This document shows positions 53,738 through 60,362 of a DNA stretch of 64,000 nt, in pieces (within the stretch, counting starts at the first letter, position 1; every line of letters begins with the position of its first letter). The position numbers and the translations under genes were made by a program. Location of the stretch: the IMG/VR virus record IMGVR_UViG_3300045988_105383; one strand, 5' to 3'. Source of the DNA: a virus. Under the pieces are notes generated by a model. It did no database searches and was not told the origin of the DNA. It saw only the letters and a program-made list of their open reading frames with translations.

Positions 53738-54235
53738 ATGACCATTACACAAACTCAGGCAAACGCGCTGGACGAGCTGCGCACCGTTGGCATTGCCAGA
53801 TACGCAGCCATGAAATCCGCAGAAAAAGCGTATGCAGACGCGCAGGAGCGCGAACGGAAGGCCTACCAGTACGCCGCCGAGCACGGAGAGTTTTACACCG
53901 AGGAAGGCAAGCGCGTCACCGGCGAGCCTGACGCTTTTCTGATGGACGAGCAGAAATTCGCAGTGGAATTCTGCCCGCTCATCGCTGAGGGCTATAAGGT
54001 GCTCTTCGGCCTCGACTATCCGGTCGGCTATACGCCAGTCTTCGACCAGTATCTCGACCCGCTGAACAAGGCCCGCCGTGCTTACCGGCAGATTGCTGCC
54101 GACTATCTCCGCATCCTTGGCCGCGAACAGGAAGCGCAGAAAATCGAGCGTGCCCTGAACACCTACGTTCATCCGAAATACATGGAGGAGCTGGACCGTA
54201 TCAACCGGCAGTTCCTCGGCATCAAGGAGGCCTGA
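53738..54235 (+). CDS. Hypothetical protein
   Basis: 165 aa, AAGGAG RBS. Confidence 0.5.
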   Translation: MTITQTQANALDELRTVGIARYAAMKSAEKAYADAQERERKAYQYAAEHGEFYTEEGKRVTGEPDAFLMDEQKFAVEFCPLIAEGYKVLFGLDYPVGYTPVFDQYLDPLNKARRAYRQIAADYLRILGREQEAQKIERALNTYVHPKYMEELDRINRQFLGIKEA

Positions 54236-54237
54236 CT

Positions 54238-54483
54238 ATGCGCACCACGCCCAGAAAACGGAAGCCCGTCCGCCCCATCGACCGCCTGCCGCGCCAGTAC
54301 CGCGACAGCGTTGCAGCTTTTTTCAAGGATGATGACGGCTGGTGGATTATGCTGGAGGAGGACGGGCCGTACCACTTCCCTACTTACTACAGCAAATATA
54401 CCATCCACGAAGATACCCAGCGCGGGGCCATGGCGCAGTTTCTCGCCTGCGTCGCAGAAAAGCCAAAAGCAGATGTAACATAA
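54238..54483 (+). CDS. Small hypothetical protein
   Basis: 81-aa ORF; its last codons lie in repeat copy B. Confidence 0.5.
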   Translation: MRTTPRKRKPVRPIDRLPRQYRDSVAAFFKDDDGWWIMLEEDGPYHFPTYYSKYTIHEDTQRGAMAQFLACVAEKPKADVT

Positions 54484-54517
54484 TTCATTTTAGACGCATG
54501 ATATGATGAAAATAGGA
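54472..54517 (+). repeat. 46-bp direct repeat, copy B
   Basis: See 51545..51591; sits immediately upstream of the recombinase RBS. Confidence 0.7.
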
Positions 54518-54527
54518 GGGCAAATCA

Positions 54528-55616
54528 ATGGCAGCACCCATCAAGGCCGAGAAAAAATTTATGGCCGCTATGGCCGCCTACGAAAACAATCTCCGCGCCA
54601 TCGGCCGCGCAGAACAGACCATCCGGTCCAAAGATTTCATCTTCATGGCCTTTTCGGCCTTCATGATTGAAGAGCGAAGCAACTGGGACCACGAGGAGAG
54701 TTTCACCGACATTCAGGCGTGGCGCGATCAACTCCGCCGTGAAGGAAAGAAGCAATCCACAATCCAGAAATATCTTCGGGAACTCGCAGCATTTTACAAC
54801 TACGCATCCTCTGAACAGCTTGGCGAATCTCGCTTCTATGACCGAAATCCCGTTTCCAAGCTGCTCATTCCGGATATCAAAAAGGAGCAGCGTCGTCCCT
54901 ATGAACAGTTCCTGACGGACGATCAGGTCATCCTCCTCTGGCGGAACAATCCCCCGCAGGGCCTCCGAAGGCCGCAGTTCTGGGAGCGGAATTATGCTAT
55001 CGTTGTTCTCCTGCTCACGACCGAGATTCGGAACAGCGAACTCCTGGCGCTTACGCCGAACGACCTGGACTGGGAAAACTCCGAGATCGTTGTGGAACAC
55101 GGCAAGGGAGACAAATTCCGGAACGTGGACTTCCCGCTCGTCGCCCAGACCGCTGTCCGGCTCTATCTTTGCAGCGGCCTCCGACCGCAAAACGCCCGCG
55201 ATGACGAAGTGCTCTTCGGAACCTACGCCGAAAAAACATTCTCCGGTCAGAACAGCGGCGAATCCTGGCATCCGGGAACGCGCCAATGGCTCTCCGACGT
55301 CGTCCGCCGGCATGTAAAAACCGTCACAGGAGTCGATATGATCCGCTCGCACGACCTTCGCCATGTCGGCGCACGGCTCGACCTGAACAGCGGCATGTCC
55401 TTTGAGGAGCTGCAAGCCAAGCTCGGCCACGAATCCGTCATCGTCACGCAGCTCTATTCCGGCAAGCTCACAAGCCGGAAGTCACGCAAGAAAACCAAAC
55501 AGGTGCAGATGGAAAAGGACCGTCAGGCCCAGCGAAACATCCTTCGCCTCCAGCAAAAGGGCGACAGCTTTTTTCTCTCCGCGCTGACAAGCGCACCTTT
55601 TCCAATCCACGCATAA
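54528..55616 (+). CDS. Xer-like tyrosine recombinase/integrase
   Basis: SAM-like N domain ...STIQKYLRELAAFYNYA; catalytic pattern TEIRNSEL...GKGDKFR...HDLRHV...LGHES...QLY. Confidence 0.8.
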   Translation: MAAPIKAEKKFMAAMAAYENNLRAIGRAEQTIRSKDFIFMAFSAFMIEERSNWDHEESFTDIQAWRDQLRREGKKQSTIQKYLRELAAFYNYASSEQLGESRFYDRNPVSKLLIPDIKKEQRRPYEQFLTDDQVILLWRNNPPQGLRRPQFWERNYAIVVLLLTTEIRNSELLALTPNDLDWENSEIVVEHGKGDKFRNVDFPLVAQTAVRLYLCSGLRPQNARDDEVLFGTYAEKTFSGQNSGESWHPGTRQWLSDVVRRHVKTVTGVDMIRSHDLRHVGARLDLNSGMSFEELQAKLGHESVIVTQLYSGKLTSRKSRKKTKQVQMEKDRQAQRNILRLQQKGDSFFLSALTSAPFPIHA

Positions 55617-55806
55617 CTGCCGGACATTCTCCGGCCCTACGGTCGGGCGCAGTTGCTCTCCGGGCTCCTTTCCTCCCGGACAAGCCGGTGCAGCTCCGGC
55701 TCCGACCATCCGATTTCGCCGCAAGTCTGATACCTCCTTGCGGCGAGGCATATCGGCTCCTTTCTATGTAGAAAAGCGGCCGCCAAAGTAAGCGAAGGCG
55801 CTCGCC

Positions 55807-55830
55807 GGAACAAATCTGAGATTCCGGTGC
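55807..55830 (+). promoter_or_regulatory. Element-2 motif copy 15 (degenerate)
   Basis: GGAACAAA-N11-GGTGC with stem CCGGAA/TTCCGG; heads the ORF-free tRNA-containing region. Confidence 0.45.
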
Positions 55831-56026
55831 TCCAAACTGAGATGTTTGGCTTTTGGTTGTTGGGAAGAACGCTCCCGCACCAACGTAAAACCGGGGAGCC
55901 TCTACGCAGACCGCCGGCGCGAGAACCGGCTGTCTGTCATCTGATCCCCCTCCTGAAATCATGCTGGCAGCCCGGAAAGACGGGCCGTGCCGCCGCGGCT
56001 GACCTCCCCGCGCCGGCACGAAATAT

Positions 56027-56100
56027 CCGGTATTGGTGTAGTGGCAGCACATCAGTCCTCCAAACTGAGAGCGCGAGTTCAACCCTCGTATACCGGTCCA
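56027..56100 (+). tRNA. tRNA-Gly(UCC)-like gene with non-canonical C33
   Basis: Hand fold: acceptor CCGGTAT/ATACCGG, D arm GTGT-AGTGGCA-GCAC, anticodon arm TCAGT-CCTCCAA-ACTGA, T arm GCGAG-TTCAACC-CTCGT, T-CCA; 74 nt. Confidence 0.55.
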
Positions 56101-56451
56101 CAAGGAGTTCGTGGCTTCTGGGAAAGTTCTGAGGTTCCAAAGAATCGTGGAAACGATACGCGATTCGTCCACTCTGCCTGCAGGTAGTGCAAGTACGGCA
56201 GGCGGTAAAATTATTATGAGCTGGCTCCGGCTGAATGTGGGAACGGATGCGACCGATGCACCGGCGCAGGGCTGAAATGTTCCGTGGTTGATCCGGTTTG
56301 GCGCTCACCGAACACACGAGGCGAGAGTAAAGAAGATCATTGGAAGCGGTGCGGCAACGCGAACCAACATGTAAGCATGTGTTCCGGCGGTTGAGTAACG
56401 TCTTCGGCAGAGGCCAAACCGGACGATTGTGTAAAAGAAGGAGGCGACAGA

Positions 56452-56713
56452 ATGGGTGCTGTTGAATTTCTCAGCGCAGCAACATCGAATGGAATGCTTT
56501 TATAGCGCCATTTGGAACGCGAATGGTAATACCATGGTATTACCTTTAGGAAATGGAAATGGAAATAAAAAAGAAGATATTTCTGTTTCTAGGAAAGAAC
56601 GTGGAAGATTAAAAAAGCAGCACAGCATGCGGCCCTTGGAAACGGGAAGTGAAGAGCAGCTTGCCCAAGAGTGTTCGATTCACTCAGGCCGCGCCATGCC
56701 CGCCATTGGATGA
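56452..56713 (+). pseudogene. Decayed copy of a DUF1376/DnaD-like initiator gene
   Basis: AAGGAGG RBS and ATG 56452 give 17 codons then stop; in another frame ...NGNTMVLPLGNGNGNKKEDISVS matches 32237..32938 product ...DGNTMVLPLGNGNGNGNKKEDISVS. Confidence 0.6.
56523..56591. repeat. Ori-like segment, second copy (palindrome 56525..56544)
   Basis: Reverse complement of 32524..32598 apart from one AATGGA unit. Confidence 0.7.
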
Positions 56714-57123
56714 CTTCCCCAATGGAATGAAACCTCCGCATCTGGCAGCGGTGTCGTCGGGTTGATATAGCCGATAGCGAAGTTTGGGAGTAAACAAGCG
56801 AAATGGGAACTCCCCCGTCAGATCGTCCACCATGACGCAAAAAAGGTGGAGAACGTAAAGACCGTGTGTCTAAGGTCTTCGTAGGATGGTACGCACTTCC
56901 GCAGTGCAGCCCGTTCAGCTTGCCGGGAAAAACCCGCGCGCGGTTCACCCGGATGAGGACACGTTCGTAATGCTTGGGGCGAACTGAAATCCGCCAAGTT
57001 AGGAGGCACCTTTGGGAACGCTTTCAGGACCTCCGACATTCAAGCGCCGGTGTGCAATCACCTGATTTGCCGTTGGTCTGCGCGCAAGACCTCACGCCCG
57101 GTACGTTAAGCCGGGAGCTCCAC

Positions 57124-57199
57124 GGGCCGCTATCTCAAAGGCCAGAGCGGCCAGCTCATAACTGGCATGATCCCGGTTCGACTCCGGGGCGGCCCACCA
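57124..57199 (+). tRNA. tRNA with CAT anticodon (elongator Met or Ile2 type), CCA encoded
   Basis: Hand fold: GGGCCGC/GCGGCCC acceptor, anticodon arm GCCAG-CTCATAA-CTGGC, T arm CCCGG-TTCGACT-CCGGG, A-CCA; 76 nt; G1-C72 pair argues against an initiator. Confidence 0.9.
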
Positions 57200-57228
57200 G
57201 ATATTTTTGAAGAAAGGAGGATTTTCCC

Positions 57229-57504
57229 ATGACAAAAGAAGCCCTCAGCGCAGCCGTCGCTGCAAAACTGGACGTTTCCAAATCCTTCGGTGAAGAAGCG
57301 GTCAACGCCGTACTGGACTCTATCTCCGAAGCAATGGCCGCACGGGAAAACGTCGTGCTCATCGGTTTTGGCAAATTCGAGCCGAAATGGAAAGCCGCAA
57401 GAACGGCAAAGAACCTGCAAACCGGAGAGCCGATTCGTGTTCCGGGCCACTACGGCATCAAGTTCACACCTGGCAAAAAGCTGAAAGACCTTGTTGCGAA
57501 ATGA
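57229..57504 (+). CDS. hup: HU/IHF-family DNA-binding protein
   Basis: ...VVLIGFGKFEPKWKAARTAKNLQTGEPIRVPGHYGIKFTPGKKLKD. Confidence 0.85.
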   Translation: MTKEALSAAVAAKLDVSKSFGEEAVNAVLDSISEAMAARENVVLIGFGKFEPKWKAARTAKNLQTGEPIRVPGHYGIKFTPGKKLKDLVAK

Positions 57505-57574
57505 GCGAATGATCTGCCTGGCGCGGCGGTCCCACGCCGCGCCATTTTCAAAAAAAGCGAAGAAAGGAGCGCCT

Positions 57575-58069
57575 ATGGAGCTGAATATCCATCGCGGTGA
57601 TGTGTTCTACATTCAGGGTCCCAGTTACTGCGTCGGCTCTGAAATGTCAAAGACCCGGCCTGCGGTCGTCGTATCGAATGAGAAAAACAATATTTATGCA
57701 CCGCTGGTTGAAATCGTTTACTTAACCACAGCTGAGAAAAAACCGCTTCCGACGCATGTCCCAATTACGATCTACGGTCGAAAAAACACCGTCCTCTGTG
57801 AATCTGTCTACACCGTTTCCAAAGAACGGGTTGGAAGCTATCTCTGCACGCTCGACTCCGACGAAATGGCGCTCGTAGATGCAGCGCTCCTCATCAGTCT
57901 CGGCCTTTCTGCGCCAGCGCTTGCAGTGGCAGCAGCAGAAGAAGAACCCCTCGCTTCCTTCCAAACCATGCGGGATAGTCGAGCTGGAAGCTATACCGCT
58001 CGAATCAGTCACGGAGAGGGATGCCGCAGCACTGCGCGAAAAGGTCATCCGGTTGGAGGCTCAGAATGA
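57575..58069 (+). CDS. MazF/PemK-family endoribonuclease-like protein (C-terminal part of the ORF doubtful)
   Basis: MELNIHRGDVFYIQGP...SKTRPAVVVSNEKNN...HVPI...VLCESVYTVSKERV; AAAGGAG RBS; the last 55 or so residues look out of frame. Confidence 0.65.
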   Translation: MELNIHRGDVFYIQGPSYCVGSEMSKTRPAVVVSNEKNNIYAPLVEIVYLTTAEKKPLPTHVPITIYGRKNTVLCESVYTVSKERVGSYLCTLDSDEMALVDAALLISLGLSAPALAVAAAEEEPLASFQTMRDSRAGSYTARISHGEGCRSTARKGHPVGGSE

Positions 58070-58130
58070 AATTTATGAGAAAATATGCTCCGCCTATATC
58101 AGTTCCTGGCCGAAAGGAGCCGCAATATGA
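57879..58130 (+). CDS. Overlapping-frame ORF with a coiled-coil tail (separate small gene or displaced C-terminus of the MazF-like gene)
   Basis: ...VELEAIPLESVTERDAAALREKVIRLEAQNEIYEKICSAY reads like genuine protein. Confidence 0.3.
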   Translation: MQRSSSVSAFLRQRLQWQQQKKNPSLPSKPCGIVELEAIPLESVTERDAAALREKVIRLEAQNEIYEKICSAYISSWPKGAAI

Positions 58131-59239
58131 TCTATCTGGACTACGCCGCAACCTCCCCGGCTCTGAAAACAGCACTTTTCGCTTTTCAGCGGACAAGCCG
58201 GTATTTCTGGGGAAACCCAAACAGCAGCCACTCCTTCGGCCAGTCCGCCGAAAAAATGCTCTTCTCGCAGCGGGAGATCGTCGCTGATTGCCTCCATTGC
58301 GAGCCGGAGCAGGTGATCTTCACCTCCTCCGCCACAGAAAGCATCAGCATCGCCCTGCATGCTTTAGCCCGTGTCAATGAACTCTATATTTCGGATGTTG
58401 AGCATCAATCGGTCATTTCCGCCTATCAATCCGCTCAGTCGATGATTCAACCGTTTGCAGATGGCGATTCCGTCTGCCATATCCACACCAACAACGAGAC
58501 CGGTCGGGTCTACGACCTGAAAAAAGAGCTCGCTGGCGCAGAGCATACCTTTTCCGACTGCACAGCGGCCATGGGCAAGACACCCTTGAACTTCCGGAAA
58601 TCTGGTCTCGATTACATCTGCGGAAGCGGCCATAAATTTGGAGCCCCGGTCGGCATCGGTGTTCTGATTGCCAGAAATCTAGACGGAATCCTATCCCAGA
58701 CACATTTTGGAACACCATCTGTTCCTCTTGCCGCTGCCTTTGCGCAGGCTTTGTACTTCCGCACGCAGCATCTGCGGGAATTTTCCGAGATGGCTGAGGT
58801 CCTGCATGACCGTCTCATCACCGGCATCCTGAACGAACTTCCAGACGCGCAGCTCAACGGAGAGCTCTCGCACGGAAGCAGCGGCACACAGTCGCCCTAT
58901 ATCGCAAACGTTTCCTTCCCCGGCGTGGAAAACCACGCGCTCGTCCTTCGCCTCGCAGCCGACGGTGTTATGGTCTCCTCCGGGGCAGCCTGCTCCAGTG
59001 GAGACCCACAGCCATCCCGCGTCCTGATAAGCTCCGGCTACTCCGAAGAACGTGCTGCGAGTGCCATCCGATTCTCCTTCGACTACTCCCTGTCTGAACC
59101 AAACGAGACCTCCAGCGCCTACGGCCGAAGCGAAGCGACATATCTTGCAAAAATCGACGAGGCCGTAGAACTCGTAGCAAAAAACGTGAAAGCGTTAAAA
59201 ACATTTGATATATCCGGGACAAATCCGAAATCCGAGTAG
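58127..59239 (+). CDS. NifS/IscS-type cysteine desulfurase (class V aminotransferase)
   Basis: MIYLDYAATSP..., PLP-lysine motif SGHKFGAP, catalytic loop SSGAACSS; AAAGGAG RBS; the stop codon lies inside motif copy 16. Confidence 0.8.
   Translation: MIYLDYAATSPALKTALFAFQRTSRYFWGNPNSSHSFGQSAEKMLFSQREIVADCLHCEPEQVIFTSSATESISIALHALARVNELYISDVEHQSVISAYQSAQSMIQPFADGDSVCHIHTNNETGRVYDLKKELAGAEHTFSDCTAAMGKTPLNFRKSGLDYICGSGHKFGAPVGIGVLIARNLDGILSQTHFGTPSVPLAAAFAQALYFRTQHLREFSEMAEVLHDRLITGILNELPDAQLNGELSHGSSGTQSPYIANVSFPGVENHALVLRLAADGVMVSSGAACSSGDPQPSRVLISSGYSEERAASAIRFSFDYSLSEPNETSSAYGRSEATYLAKIDEAVELVAKNVKALKTFDISGTNPKSE
59216..59239 (+). promoter_or_regulatory. Element-2 motif copy 16
   Basis: GGGACAAA-N11-AGTAG; 49 nt to ATG 59289. 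Confidence 0.5.
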
Positions 59240-59288
59240 CAATCACAATGTCCGAGTCCTTGGATACAACACAAAAAGGAGCATTTCC

Positions 59289-59630
59289 ATGAATCATACC
59301 AACAATCCGCTCGGCGGTCTTCTCCGAGAAAATGAAGCCTTCCACGGAACGGTTCCAAATCAGTCATCCATCCAGAAATTTGACCGCCTGCGTGAAAACG
59401 TGGTTGAGTTCACAAAGTCCGCAAACATCGGCATCAACATCGTCCCGCCGCGGGCCGAAAGCCAGACCGCCTATTGCCAGCTGGAATTTCCACCGGCCAC
59501 GCATATCATGAGTACCCAGCTCAAAAGCCGTCTGGCTGAATCTGCCCTGCTCTGCGACGACCTCACACTCTGCAAAACTGACACCGGCCTTCTGCTTACC
59601 TTCACCATCTTAAACATCTGGGAGGAATGA
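59289..59630 (+). CDS. Hypothetical protein
   Basis: Start MNHTNNPLGG (AAGGAG RBS) inside track ORF 59205..59630. Confidence 0.5.
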   Translation: MNHTNNPLGGLLRENEAFHGTVPNQSSIQKFDRLRENVVEFTKSANIGINIVPPRAESQTAYCQLEFPPATHIMSTQLKSRLAESALLCDDLTLCKTDTGLLLTFTILNIWEE

Positions 59631-59633
59631 CCC

Positions 59634-60362
59634 ATGAAAATGACGAAAGCTCTTTCGGACTATATCGACAAACATGCCACGATCAAGGCCGAAACGAAAA
59701 GAGTCAGCAAATCCGAGTTTGAGGAATTTCTTTCCGCTTATCCGCGCCAGATTGTGCGTGATGTCTTCGGTGCCTGCGACCCTCCTGCCGTTTCCTATAA
59801 TGATTTCGAGCTTGGCTACTGGCCGCGCTCCATCGTCGCCAGCACCCATCTCTACGACGATAAGCCGGGCGAGTATTTCTACAAACCGCCAGAAGAGCGA
59901 TACTTTTCCATCGTCACAAACCCCGAAGCGCTTCATGCCGAATCGCAGCGCCTGACGGAGGAATATGAACATCTTCAAGCAGAGGCGAGTGAAGACGGTG
60001 AAGGGGCCGCCGCTCAAGAGCAGCATCAGGGCAAGCGCTACTTTATGACCGGCCCGGTTTGCCTTCGTATCATCAATAAACAGACCAACGAAACAATATA
60101 TGACGGACCGATTGCAACGTTTCCAAAACGTGAGGACAGCGAAATCATTTGCAGCGGAGAAATGGAAAGCCAAATGAATCAGAACCCCAAATACCACACG
60201 AACGTTGTGCGCCGACGCTGGCGCTTTGCGGTCCAGCGAGCAGCGAGCGAAGAAGAGGAGATCACCGTGGAAGCAGAAAGCCTTGCATCTGCGGTCCTGC
60301 GGCTTCCAAATGACACGGTATTTTCCACGCTTATCAGTACGGAAGAAGGAGAACCGATATGA
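59634..60362 (+). CDS. Hypothetical protein
   Basis: 242-aa ORF. Confidence 0.5.
   Translation: MKMTKALSDYIDKHATIKAETKRVSKSEFEEFLSAYPRQIVRDVFGACDPPAVSYNDFELGYWPRSIVASTHLYDDKPGEYFYKPPEERYFSIVTNPEALHAESQRLTEEYEHLQAEASEDGEGAAAQEQHQGKRYFMTGPVCLRIINKQTNETIYDGPIATFPKREDSEIICSGEMESQMNQNPKYHTNVVRRRWRFAVQRAASEEEEITVEAESLASAVLRLPNDTVFSTLISTEEGEPI

Noticed and set aside
55468-56317. ORFs 55468..56172(-), 55937..56317(-) and 55827..56132(+) as protein genes in the ORF-free region
   Set aside because: They have no RBS, and their Arg/Pro/Gly/Cys-rich composition is typical of random frames in GC-rich structured DNA. One overlaps a well-folding tRNA-like sequence.
56900-57199. tmRNA (ssrA) ending in ...GGTTCGACTCCGGGGCGGCCCACCA
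   Set aside because: The last 76 nt fold by themselves into a complete cloverleaf with a CAT anticodon. No upstream GGGG...-type 5' acceptor partner or tag-peptide reading frame was found.
41824-59239. Could the repeated 24-nt motif be a CRISPR array?
   Set aside because: The spacing is irregular (about 0.4-2.9 kb). Each interval contains ORFs with RBSs. The internal 11-12 nt of the repeat is variable, and no cas genes are present.
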